Assembly (NCBI GenBank): GCA_950097015.1
Contig: CATNEN010000029.1
Span: 2,666,001 to 2,730,000, forward strand
Length of the DNA stretch: 64,000 bases
DNA from: Macrostomum hystrix
Taxonomy: Eukaryota; Animalia; Platyhelminthes
Direction: 5' to 3'
Under the pieces are notes generated by a model. That model worked only from the letters and a program-made list of their open reading frames with translations. It had not been told where the DNA came from and ran no database searches. Position 1 is the stretch's first letter, and each line of letters starts with the position of its first letter. Of this stretch, positions 22,701-34,200 are shown piece by piece. A program made the position numbers and the translations under genes.

Positions 22701-25700
22701 CGTCGCCGCCGAGGATGAGATCAAGAGAAACGTCCCTGTCGTGAGCGGGCGGTAGGTTGCAGACGCCGTTGGGTACGCTCTTGAGGGTGTTAATGACATC
22801 CTTTGGGAGTTTGACAGCAGGCATGTAGATTGGAGCTGCCCGCTGTTCGGAGGCGAGGGCGGTGATTGGCCAGCGGCGGCCGTCTGGAGCCTGGAGGTCA
22901 AAATTCACGAGATCCGCGGTGACATGGCGCCTGGATTCGGTGTGGAAGGTGGAGGTGGCGATCGTGAGTTTCCTGGCAGCCTTGAGGCCAAGCTTGCGGG
23001 CGACGGCGCCGTCGAGGTGAGAATAGGAGCAGCCAGTGTCGATGAGGATGTTGCAGTCGATGGCGCGGCCATCTTTAGGGTTGACGGCCTTCGCGCGGAG
23101 AGTGGCCATGATGGTGGGAACGAGGCCTCCATCGGCTGCGGCAGAGACAAGGGAGTTGGCCTCCTTGGAGTCGGCATCTCTAGCGGCGTTTAGGTGGGCG
23201 TTGTTACGAGGATTCGGTGAGCGATTTTCGGTGATGGTACTCTCGAATGTGGCCCCGTGGAGCGTGGTGTGGTGCGGGGCTTCGCACTCGCGGCAGCGTC
23301 GGTTGTCACGGCAGTCTTTGGTGTGGTGACGGCGGAGGCAGTTACGGCAGAGGTTCTTCTGCCTGACGATCTTAAGGCGGTCGTCGGGCTTGCGAACCTT
23401 GTTGCAGGACATGGCAACGTGGTCGGAGCCGTCGCAGTAGAGACAGTTCTTGCTTGACCTCCAGTGTTGTGGACCGGCAATAGGAGTGGAAACTGCGGTA
23501 GGCCGTGGTGTAGTAGTAGTGCGATGAGCAGGTTCAGCACGTGGAACTGTTGTCGACCGTCGTTCGCTGCGAGCAGGTGTCGGTCTGCAAGCAGTGTCGC
23601 CTAAAAGAGCTGCGGATGCGTATGGCACAGCCGGCACGGTGGCGGACGCAGCCCGGAGGGTCTTGCGCTTGCGGTCCAGATGATCCTGGAGCTCGGCCAT
23701 GGTGGGTATGAGAGTCTGTCCGTTGGAAGCGCGAACATTGCGGATCTCGCTCTGAAAGTCAGGTGGAAGTCGGCTCCAGAGGGCATAGACGTACCCGTTG
23801 AGTGTGCAATCAAGCTCTCCAAGGCGGAGAAGTTGGCCGGTGGCCAGGCGAAGGGCATCTGCAAACTCCTCGAGCTCCTCAAGGTCGGAAGCGGAGCTGC
23901 AGTGAAGGGCAAGAAGGCGCTGGAATGCGGCGTTCTTTTGTTCTTGCGTGTCGGCGTAGTTGGCTTTGAGCACGCGGCATGCCTCGGCGTAGGCGTTCGG
24001 TTGGCAGGCATCGAGGGCGCCCAGTTTCCTTAAGGCGGAGCCGGAGAGGAGACCTCGGAGTGCCTCGAACTTGTCAACGTCGTTAAGGCTGGAGCGGTCG
24101 ACGCGGTAGAGGAAGGTGTCCCAGAAGCTCGGAAATGCAGCTGGATCCGCACAGTCAAAGGTTGGGAGTTGGACGCTCTTGAGGATCGTAGAGCGGATGA
24201 GCCCAGCTGGATCTCCAGCTTGTGAGGTGGGCGGTGCAGCAGGCTCCGCTGTTGCGGTAGGATGGACTGCGGCAGCGAGCTGTTGTATTAGCTGTTGGTT
24301 CTGCTGCATCATCGCGGTCATAGAGGCGATCAATGCATTGACATCGATGCCAGGAGTTGTCGGGGTGAGAGTGGCAGCAGTGACCGGCGCAGTAGGAGTA
24401 GCAGCCAGTTGTTGTGGGTACCCAGTCGGTCCCGGCGAGGTCGTAGCGGTCGTTAAAGTTGGCGTTAAAGAAGCAACTGGACCAGTGGGGGCTCCAGAAC
24501 TAGTGCCAGCGGTGGCAGCAACAGCGGTCGGAGTGGGCGGCATGGTATGCGCCAGAGCAGTAGCGGTTGCAGAAGTGGAGGTGGTGTCGCCGGCATCCAT
24601 CGAGCGCGTGATAACCATGAATTATTTGAAGAGTTGTGAACGCTCTGCTACCAAATTTGTCGCTTGGACAACAAACTAATTAGCAGTTTGGATGGAGTTT
24701 ATTTAGTGGCAGTGGAAGCAAAAGGTGAGGCAGATAGAAAGGAACATGGACACGCTTGAGGGCACGCTTACACGCTAAGAGAACCTGTAACGGAGAGGTG
24801 GTCTTGTACATAGATATAAAAGTGGTAAACGCAAATGGATGAGGTCACAGACAATAAATAAGGTTAGCTGCAACTAATGTGCTGAAGGGACTAAAAGTCC
24901 ATTAGGAACGCAAGACTAAGAATTGGAGGAATATAATTCCGACACGCCCGAATGTTAGCAGCGTTTGGTGGTGACTGATTGGTTGACAGACTAGGCGAGG
25001 GTTTACTGTGGTTTAGCTTGATCAGTGATCAGAAATTCGCGTCAGGGTGTCCATAGTAGCCTTTTTCCACCTGTAGTAGCCCTTGAAGGTCCAGCAGTCC
25101 GTCTAGATACAACTCGTAAAGGTTGGTGACCACCAAATATGGAGATGATGCAGGCAAATTCGGGTGACATGCTGATAAATTTTGAAGGCCTGGCAAGGCC
25201 GCACTGAGGCGCAGTGCTAATTTCTGTATTGGGGTGTATGAAATACACTAGCGCTTATAGGAAAATCTGACTTTCGGTCAGAACCATTGAATATCTCGAC
25301 GGTCTGAAGAGCTGGCGACTTGATTTTTTGTTTCAGAAGATGCTCAACAAAATTTTGGCCTGTGTTCTTGAGCTTCGTGTGCTTGCGTTGCTCCATTCGG
25401 GTGCAGCCCAAAAATTTTCATTTCTACTGTTAAAGCGTTTTTTCTAGATTTTGTTTACAAAACTTCCAGATTGCGCTGCCTGGACACCAAATGCCGCGCC
25501 CAAAGTCGCCAATTGGAAGCCAAATCTAGCGCAGTGGGCGAGTCGGCCAAGGCCGGAGATCGCTATCGCATCCTAGCCGACAGCTTGCAGCAGCGAGTTA
25601 ACGAGGCCGAGCGACAATGCGCCGATTTGCGATCCAGCCTGGCTATTGTTGTTGACGAGCGCGATCGGGCTCTGGCTGAGGCGCGCGACTCTGGCCAGCG

Positions 25701-26037
25701 CTTGCAACGCGCCGGCGCCAAATTGGCGCGCTACAAACAGCGCCAAGCCGGGCTGCGCGACGATTTAGCCAGAGAATTCGCTGTGCGCAGTGAGCAGGCC
25801 AGAGCTGATCAAGCTGCCCAGCTGCGACAGCTGGAGGACTCGCTGGCCGACCTGCGCGCCGAGTTGCGCAAGGAGCGCTACCTGCACAATGCCACCCGCC
25901 TGGGTCATCAGCAGCTTCTAAGCCATTTCTCTTCTTCCGCCAGCCCGGCAGCTGCTCCTAGTAGTCATGGCAATGCCGCTGTATGCAGCGCCTGCGGCGG
26001 CGACATGGCTTCTGAAGCCGAAATTCGACTGTTCTAG
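19769..26037 (+). CDS. CCDC160: Coiled-coil protein, CCDC160-like C-terminus; 3 coding exons
   Basis: Exons 19769-20178, 20475-20747, 25470-26037 join in frame through phase-2 GT-AG introns (AYR/RVWERLQ..FQAER/LRCLD); C-terminal LADLRAELRKERYLHNATRLGHQQLLSHFSSS recalls the CCDC160 C-terminal motif (from memory, unverified). Confidence 0.6.
21664..24618 (-). CDS. BEL/Pao Gag-protease ORF (first ~765 aa genuine; tail is out-of-frame read-through of the deletion junction)
   Basis: LPTFD..FWDTF..DKFEALRGLL (DUF1759-like), CLYCDGSDH/CRNCLRRHH/CRECEAPHH knuckles, ILIDTGCSYS protease, GRIFVDPPFK..LPSNF just before the junction. Confidence 0.88.
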   Translation of the reverse strand: MVITRSMDAGDTTSTSATATALAHTMPPTPTAVAATAGTSSGAPTGPVASLTPTLTTATTSPGPTGYPQQLAATPTAPVTAATLTPTTPGIDVNALIASMTAMMQQNQQLIQQLAAAVHPTATAEPAAPPTSQAGDPAGLIRSTILKSVQLPTFDCADPAAFPSFWDTFLYRVDRSSLNDVDKFEALRGLLSGSALRKLGALDACQPNAYAEACRVLKANYADTQEQKNAAFQRLLALHCSSASDLEELEEFADALRLATGQLLRLGELDCTLNGYVYALWSRLPPDFQSEIRNVRASNGQTLIPTMAELQDHLDRKRKTLRAASATVPAVPYASAALLGDTACRPTPARSERRSTTVPRAEPAHRTTTTPRPTAVSTPIAGPQHWRSSKNCLYCDGSDHVAMSCNKVRKPDDRLKIVRQKNLCRNCLRRHHTKDCRDNRRCRECEAPHHTTLHGATFESTITENRSPNPRNNAHLNAARDADSKEANSLVSAAADGGLVPTIMATLRAKAVNPKDGRAIDCNILIDTGCSYSHLDGAVARKLGLKAARKLTIATSTFHTESRRHVTADLVNFDLQAPDGRRWPITALASEQRAAPIYMPAVKLPKDVINTLKSVPNGVCNLPPAHDRDVSLDLILGGDVNQLLIGPAVPALALRPTLTAYLTPFGAILNGSLGTTNSRVNGLLGSSQALVANTYLNDNGLRLEQLLDSMSNLEVLGIDKGAGTPCLQDDGPTQRLLASSTCDPDGRIFVDPPFKPGAELLPSNFGYTRATHSSRQDRGHPQLSATDHRLQRPRPSRSVAADSGSSSWSRPSPAPSSHRRHLPACRHLHCRPPPSSSSSLRRHPHRVLEPVEPGVSQTSPLYPYSGAASPPPARQSAPPGPGLPSCRANAPRDVKTMPYPPAAPGSRWHPALRHRSHCFWPRGPPVRCPPRPARVRHRRCAAHRDDCRSIRRLARRLDGWLHCRRPDCPRPSCAPPSIDSRWDL
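24643..24653 (-). promoter_or_regulatory. Primer-binding site complementary to initiator tRNA-Met 3' end
   Basis: Minus strand TGGTAGCAGAG 4 nt after the LTR end; complement of the CTCTGCTACCA 3' end of metazoan tRNAiMet. Confidence 0.85.
24945..25348 (-). repeat. Dispersed repeat (~400 bp), copy 1; family unknown
   Basis: Reverse complement aligns by eye with 57686-58076 (IKSPALQT..IFNG; GCACTGCGCCTCAGTGCGGCCTTGCC shared). Confidence 0.85.
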
Positions 26038-28238
26038 GATTTGTCTATGGCTTTTCGATGGAAAACGTGATTTCCTGTTGCGATTGCTGGCTAAGTGGTT
26101 TCTGAGGGTCCCTATTAAATTGTAATATTGTGTTGTATTTTCAAAGCGAGACTTATCATATTACTCCCAAATTCGTAAATGCTTTGACCAAAAATGTTCC
26201 TATTAGATTAAATGTACTCGTAGAATTAGATAATGCATTTCTATAGTAATAGCAGTTAACTATTTTTGTCAATGTTGTTTTCTTATTCACCTTTATATAT
26301 AATGGTCAGATGTGATTATTGAATATCTCTATTGATGGTCTAACTTCAGCCTGTTGATCAGGCTTGTATTTATATTGACGTTAAACAAAAATAATGGATG
26401 CTGTTGAATTTTGATCTTGATCTGAAAATTACTAATTACTTGAAATATACTATCGCTTTTTTAATTATAAAGTTGCGGTCCTCTTTGAAGCTTTTGATAA
26501 TTTTTTTTTGTTTTGATAAAAACCTATTAGTCAGTTCTATTTTTAGTCTTCCTCATTTATATTGTTCATGGCGACAGTTTAAACCACTTGGAGCTTGTAG
26601 CCCAGTCATTAGAGCTTCGGATTATTTGCAGTGTGTGTGTGTGTGCAGTTCCCCCCCCTACTCCATGGACTGAACAGCTGTACACAGCCTTTGGAAGCTA
26701 TGACGAAAGGTGAGAAGTACCGATCGAAGATTTTTCTTCGACTCTAAAAAAATTCAAATCGCTAACTGCTTTTCTTAACTGCCTACTAGCAGTAAGCACA
26801 ATGAGACATGCGCGACTTATTCCGAACTAGAAACCGCTATTTATATTGTTAGTCGCAAAGGTAGGTATAGACGCGGTAGTGGACAGAAATCAGCTCAATT
26901 GACTTGCTCCCTAATGAGCGCGAGTCAATTGCCTAGATAGATTGAGTGTATTGACTACATGCACCGGTGTATATACATACCTACTGCATAATACACTCCA
27001 CTTTGGAGCGGAAATGAGGCTGCGGTTGGACTGATTACTTGTTCCGACAACCCCTCTACCTCTGTATAAATAGTGAGGTGGGGTTAACATGCCGATCCCG
27101 TGTCCTCATCTCGTCAATTGCGTTTGAGCGGGAGAGGCCAATTTTTGAGTCCAGTGTTTACTGCCATCGAATTATTGCAAGAAGTCGGCCTGGGACAATA
27201 TAAACTATGCAATGCATAGTCAATTGGACAGGTGAATTGGTTCATAGCTGCCTACCTGCGGTTTGGCATTATCGGGCTAACAGCTATTGTATGCTGCAAA
27301 TATGTCCCAGAGTATATTAGAACAAGGACCACTAGGAGTAGAAGGATGGGAAACTACCTTTCTTACCTAACACGTTGCACAAACGAATTTTGCGAATCTT
27401 TTTTTTCGTGAAATGTTCCTGAAACACGGGGGTATTCCACTGCCTACTTACCACCCAAAGCTCCAAAACCGAATGACCGGTTTTAGTGAAAGTCTTTGGT
27501 TTGCCTTTGTAATGCCTTTGGTTTTGACCCGACAGGCCGACGAGCCTGATGATCCTTCCCACTCTCTCACCAAGGTTCCTAAGCTCGATTCCACGGCGAG
27601 GCCGCATTTGTTTCTTGTACCGCCGCCGAGAGAAAGCCTGAGGATTTGTTGTGCAATTTACGCCCACCATGCAAGGTCAATCAATGCACAATGAGTGTGG
27701 AATGTACATCTGCCTGACTATGAGAAAGTCGTGTGCCTGTGCACAGTATCTTTCTCTGGGGTCAGCTCCGATCATCTCAGACTTGTCTATGCGCCACCGA
27801 AAGTAATGTTTGTAGATTAATATATTAGTATATTATTTCTGTATCGCCAACGTTACTAGCCCAATTTATGCACGAAATGATCCAAGGTGACTATGTATGT
27901 AGTACAGGCTTGCCTTACAATGGGTAGCTCTAGCAGATAATAGTGGGTACCAGCCCTATACATCAGAAGAGCTATCTTGACCGAAATCAACATTATCATC
28001 AACATTATCCTTCCTGATCCACACGGTTATTCCATCCCTATAGGTAAGTCCAGAACAACCTGCTCAAACCTCATTGGTCCACAAGCCACTGGCTGAGCGG
28101 CCAATGGGAATTAATCCATTATTCGTTGTGCTAATAATCTGGGTTCTGTCTCAATGTGTTCCCACTTTGGTGTCGATGTGGAGACAGGCGGTAGTTCTCC
28201 TGAATTCAACAAAACATTGACTAAGCATCATTGACGTC

Positions 28239-31200
28239 ATGGAAGTCCTTATTGAAGAGCTGCAGGAGCCGACGAGACCGGGGCGCCAGCAGCAGCCGTC
28301 CAGCGAATCGCCCGAGGACTGGCGCCATCAGCTCAGTCAGCCGCGCAGTCTGCGACCTCCAGCCACGCAGCGTCAGCGAAGCGTCGCCTTGGAGACGCTG
28401 CGACCTCCGACTGCAGCGGCGGCGGCGGCGCCGCAACGACTACTGACTGCGCCCCATGGAGCAGCCGTGGGACATCGCGGCCGAGAACGTCGCCGGCGGC
28501 AACTCGATAACGACAACGAACTCGGTGATTTCGACGACGAGGGCGGCGACAACGATTACGGTGACTTCGACTACGAGTTCGAGGACAGAATCGACGATGC
28601 CCTAGCCAAGCTGAGTCAGCGACGGCACAGCGACACCACACTGGGGGAGGCCGCCGCGGCTGCAGCTGCAGCAGCCGCAGCCGCCGCTGTGGTCGCAGCT
28701 GCCGACGATCGTGGCGGCACATTTACTGGGCTACAGCGTCCGCTGCTGCATCATCAGAATCAGCAGCCGATGGCCTGCTGCTGCGGTAGACGATTCCCAC
28801 ATCCAACAACTACCGGAACTGCTGGAGGAGTCGGCGGTGGAGGAGGCGGCGTCGGCGCCAGCGCCGGCGAGTCGTGGCGCTCTTCCGCCGGACGCGGCGG
28901 CGGCCTCACGGACGTCGGCGCCGACCTGATGCGCGTCAACGGAGCGATCAGCGGCTTCAAGCAGTTGAAGCGGGTCCAGGCGCTGTCTGGCCGGGCCACC
29001 TCGTGTGAAGACGAGCCTGCTGGAGTGTCCGCCAGCCGCCCGCGCACAGAACCGGCTGGCCCAGCTGAGACGGCCGCCGCGCCGACTTCGACTACTGCGA
29101 ATGTCATCGCAGCCGGCGTTGACAACGGCGGCGACGCGGGCGACGATCAGCTGCTGCCAACCGCCTATCCCGAGGCGGTAGTCGCTTCCTCGTCGAGCGC
29201 CGCCGGCGTCGTTGCTGCCACCGGCGCTATCGGAACGGACTCTGGCGGAATCGGGCCCGACCTCGGCTCGCCGCAGGCCCAGGCGTCGCCTTCATTGGCC
29301 AGCCGGCAGAGTCGCAACGTCGGCTACCGGCTTGGCAGGCGGCGTGAGCTCTACGAGAAGCGAAAGCGGCTGTCGGACTACGCTCTGGCGTTCGGCATGT
29401 TCGGCATCGGGGTCATGGTGCTGGAGACGGAGCTGTGCATGGCCAAGCAGTACACCAAGGTGAGATCTGTGCTGTCCGATCTACTAAATGCTGCTCAACC
29501 CGTACCCGCTCTGTGCTTATGTGCAACACTATGCTCAAGCTATGCTCAAACAAGAATTGCTTGACGGCATGGCTAGTGTCAGCTTTTTAACCAAATTCGT
29601 CTATCGTAGGGCTAAATTTAACCATTTTCAGCCCAATAATATACTTTTGTATCGCTGAGCAATGCACTTTATTTAAGGACTGCTTCGGTTTATAATAAAA
29701 ATGATATAATAATTGATTACACCTTCTCCAATTGGGTCACTTCGCGGCGCATCTGAAGGCTGCGTACGGCTGTTCAGTCCATGGACTGGGGGACGCCACA
29801 CCCACCCTCAATTTCCCCTTTTAACAGCTGGGGAAAAGTAGAGTCAAGTGCCTTGCTAAACGACACCAATTGTTTCAGCGAGGTCGGGAATCGAACCCCC
29901 GACCTTCAAGTCATGGGTCCGACACTCTAACCACTTTTCCACTAATCGAGAGTCCTTCCCAAGACTAAAATTTCCAAGCTGTTCACAAATTAATAGTCAA
30001 AGTATATAATAAAAGTACACCGACGTATTGAGGCAACTAGTCCTAACTATTATTAATCCAGTTAATATGTGCTCTAAACAGACACTAAGCCGATGATTGC
30101 ATATCAGAGCTAACTTGAGGAGTTCATTAAGAAGTGTGTCTGCATTTCGGTAATTTTACGCCTTTTCGCATCGATCGGCAATAACTTTAACCAACCGAGC
30201 ATAAAAGCAGCTTCGGTAACAATTTTTTGATTGCTCATTTTCTGTGCTTTCCTCTGCCGCCCCTCTTGAATCCAGACTGCTGTCGGTTGATTTGAGATTG
30301 TCCGCCGTTTTTGGCCATAGCTAGTACAAATTGCTTTATATAGTAATTTGAGACCAATCAAGGGCCTAGTTGCCATGGAAACCGCAAGTATGGTCGTAGT
30401 TCTACTGGTCTCAATTTAGGCAACAATAGCCTATAAGATTGTTGATTAATTTTATTGAAATTAGATTTTAGATCTATCTGCATCGCCAACAGCAACAGGC
30501 GAATGGACTATCACTGCTTGGCTCAGCCCCCACCCCCAAATCCGTACTCACGCGCCCGAGATCCACGCACCAGAGGTTGCTCAACTTTTTTCCCATCCAA
30601 GCTGCATCAGTAGACACGCGCCATTAGCCTGATTGGGGAGCTACCGATAGAGTCCCTGAGCCAGACGAGTCGCAGTCACGAACGATAAACTGCCCCCCCT
30701 TGCCTGCCCTGGTACCCTCCGTCTGCTAGAGGGCTTCCCGGGAGAATTTTGGGTTGGTGTGAAGGCGCGCGTGTGGCGTGTTGCGCCAAAAAGTAATTAT
30801 GTTAATTCAACGCCGCCAACTTGCCAGTCCTGAGCGATGATCCTGTTCTCTCTCCTGACTTCTCAATCTTTGTCTTCTCTTCTTCGCAGTCGCTAATTAA
30901 TAAGCTTGAAAGTGCATCGGTAGACTGTCACTAAAAAACTGTTTAGTGCACCGCTGCTCTCACTCCCCCTCCTTCTCTTTCCCTCCGTCTCTGTCCACCC
31001 CTCTCTACCTCACTCCCTCTCTACCTCCCTCCCTCTCTACCTCCCTCCCTCTCTACCTCCCTCCCTCTCTACCTCCCTCCCTCTCTACCTCACTCCCTCT
31101 CTACCTCCCTCCCTGTCTCTCTCCGTCTCTCGTCGAACAGCTTCGCTAAAAACATGCGGAAAATCAGTTAAATTCAATCGATTAAAGCAGCGTGCGATAA

Positions 31201-34200
31201 GTCCAAGCCACGGCATTGCCCATTTTTTTCACCTAACTTATTTAACAACACCGGGTAGAGAAAACATAGCCCAGCAACTGCAGACTTTCAGACGGTTGAG
31301 AAACTATTAATATAATTGATTGCGCTACCCAGGTGAAGCTGGGTACGACTGCGAGCTGTTTGAACTGAGCAATATGTGTAAATATAGCACTGCTCATTCA
31401 TATGCTGCTTTTGTCTGCACAAAAGTAATTTCTTTATTTTGACATAGCCGATTGCCACTGGGAGTGGGGTGGGAGCGGTATTAGGAGTGTCAGTGGGAGA
31501 GGGAAGTAGGAGTGGGAATGGAAGTAGGAGTGGGAGAGGGAAGTAGGAGTGGGAATGGAGGTAGGAGTGGGAGGTGCGAGTAGGAGTGGGAGTGGAAGTG
31601 GGAGTGGGAGTGGGAGTGGAAGTGGAAGTGGGAGTGGGAGTGGAAGTGGGAGTGGGAATGGAAGTAGGAGTGGAAGTGGAAGTGGGAGTGGGAGTGGAAG
31701 TGGGAGTGGGAATGGAAGTGGGAGTGGAAGTGGGAGTGGAAGTGGAAGTAGGAGTGGAAGTGGAAGTGGGAGTGGAAGTGGAAGTGGGAGTGGAAGTGGG
31801 AGTGGGAATGGAAGTAGGAGTGGGAGAGTGAAGTAGGAGTGGGAGAGGGAAGTAGTGGAATCGGAGTGGGAATGGAAGTAGGAGTGGGAGACGGAAGTTG
31901 GAGTGGGAGAGGGAAGTAGGAGTGGGAGAGGGAAGTAGGAGTGGGAGAGGGAAGTAGGAGTGGGAGAGGGAAGTAGGAGTGGGAGAGGGAAGTAGGAGTG
32001 GGAGAGGGAAGTAGGAGTGGGAGAGGGAAGTAGGAGTGGGAGAGGGAAGTAGGAGTGGGAGAGGGAAGTAGGAGTGGGAGAGGGAAGTAGGAGTGGGAGA
32101 GGGAAGTAGGAGTGGGAGAGGGAAGTAGGAGTGGGAGAGGGAAGTAGGAGTGGGAGAGGGAAGTAGGAGTGGGAGAGGGAAGTCGGAGTGGGAGAGGGAA
32201 GTAGGAGTGGGAGAGGGAAGTAGGAGTGGGAGAGGGAAGTAGGAGTGGGAGAGGGAAGTAGGAGTGGGAGAGGGAAGTAGGAGTGGGAGAGGGAAGTAGG
32301 AGTGGGAGAGGGAAGTAGGAGTGGGAGAGGGAAGTAGGAGTGGGAGAGGGAAGTAGGAGTGGGAGAGGGAAGTAGGAGTGGGAGAGGGAAGTAGTGGAAT
32401 CGGAGTGGGAGTGTGAATGGGTGTGCTAGTGGGAATGAGATTGAATGGGTTAAAAGCTGTGGTTAGATTGGCTAGCCGAATATAACTTAATTACGTTAAA
32501 TGAGAGGCAAGCAAAAGTGCAAAACTCAATCAGTTTTCGGCAAGGCTGTCTCGCTGAAATGCACTGCTTAAGCCATTCTTTGCTGCCTGTACCAAAATCT
32601 GTATATTTACACGTTTGTAACTGCCACGTTACTATTTCAGACCGACCTTTACTCAACTGTGCTCAGATCGCTAATTAGCATCTCAACTCTGGCCCTGGTC
32701 GGCCTGATATTTGCCTATCACGCGCTGGAGATACAGGTAATTGGATGACAGCTCCTAGCTGGAGACAATGAACCCCTCACCTATAATGTGGCGCATTGTC
32801 AGTGCTGCTGATAATTGAGACTATTTATTTGCAAATCAAACCTAATTTTATACATAACTGTGTGGGCGTTGGCAGCCCTTCATTGACTAAAGAATTCACA
32901 TCATGGCATTATTCACTTTTGCATCACACTGTATAGCTATCCTGACGCAAGAGAGATAATCTAATAATCCTTAACGAGCCACGACTGGAAATCACACTTC
33001 AGGTGTGTGACTTGACAGCTTGAGTAAAATTCTGTCCGTGTCACAGCAGTGCCTCTTACCTGTCCTGTGAAATATAAACTGCCTAACTCATTTGCTAACA
33101 GATTGATTGATTGATTTGACAATTGATTGACTGAATTCTGCCTCAGGTGAGGCGGGGCGATTAAGCGTTATTAAAGAACACAGGTGGACAGTGGCTGAGG
33201 TGGACAGTGGCTGAGGTGGACAGTGACTGAGGTGGACAGTGGCTGAGGTGGACAGTGACTGAGGTGGACAGTGGCTGAGGTGGACAGTGGCTGAGGTGGA
33301 CAGTGACTGAGGTGGACAGTGGCTGAGGTGGACAGTGACTGAGGTGGACAGTGGCTGAGGTGGACAGTGGCTGAGGTGGACAGTGACTGAGGTGGACAGT
33401 GGCTGAGGTGGACAGTGACTGAGGTGGACAGTGGCTGAGGTGGACAGTGGCTGAGGTGGACAGTGATTGAGGTGGACAGTGATAGTTTTTGGCGGGTCCT
33501 AGGTTTGTATTAGTGTAGGCTGTAGTTAAGAGAAAATTGTGTTAATGGCAGTTTGACAAGCTAATAAGGGCTATCAAAATTTATGTCTCTTGTTTCGCAT
33601 TTTCTTAAGCTGAATCTCTTGTATTTTTCCTGTCTTTCTTGTCTTGACACAACATCTTTCCAGTCAGGGCCAAGGCGCACACACTCTCACACTATGTCCC
33701 TTTTATATAACGGAAATGTTCAGTACGATAATTAGTAGCACAACACCTGGGGCGTCTATCCTCTCGAACTGGTGGCCTAGATCGAGAGCGGAAGCACTCA
33801 GCTACCGTCTTATTAGCCGCAGGTTTGATTTCCTTGGAGATTTCCGCTTCTCTTATAGTCTCCGGTGCACCTTTGCTCAACGGAAATAATTAAATATGCC
33901 TTCCTCAGCCGTTTGGCTTGCAGCATCAATTAGTCTCCCCATTCAACTACATCATTATCCTCAACATGTTATCCCCATAGGTCATTCTTTGTGTTTTATC
34001 TCTCTCCGTCTACGATGGGAAAAACGGCAGGTAGGCTCAAAAGTTCTGGCTCAAAAAATGCTATCTTGCCACGCCCCAAGTCTGGGCTATTGAGAGATAG
34101 AGAGATCATTTCTTTTTTAAGTACACTTCTGCATGCTTTATTCTTCAATAAGTTTATGATTTATGATTTTTATAGCAAATCATATTTTGTTTAGATATTT

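Larger units (their letters stand above)
21196..24944 (-). mobile_element. BEL/Pao LTR retrotransposon, internally deleted (no RT, RNase H or integrase core)
   Basis: LTRs ~21200-21483 and 24658-24944 (one internal mismatch seen); PBS next to 5' LTR; Gag with three Cys/His knuckles, aspartic protease LIDTG, then a jump at ~22320 to integrase C-terminus EAILNCRPLT..FWSRWSQEYL (DUF5641-like). Confidence 0.93.

Noticed and set aside
21687-24679. Antisense and alternative-frame ORFs over the BEL element, NSD, SK exon 1, Tc1 and TLR
   Set aside because: Expected shadows of GC-rich coding sequence; no domains
27332-27694. Overlapping 93-112 aa ORFs upstream of SK (also 39152-39379, 33644-34194)
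   Set aside because: No recognisable motif, no convincing splice sites, composition not coding-like
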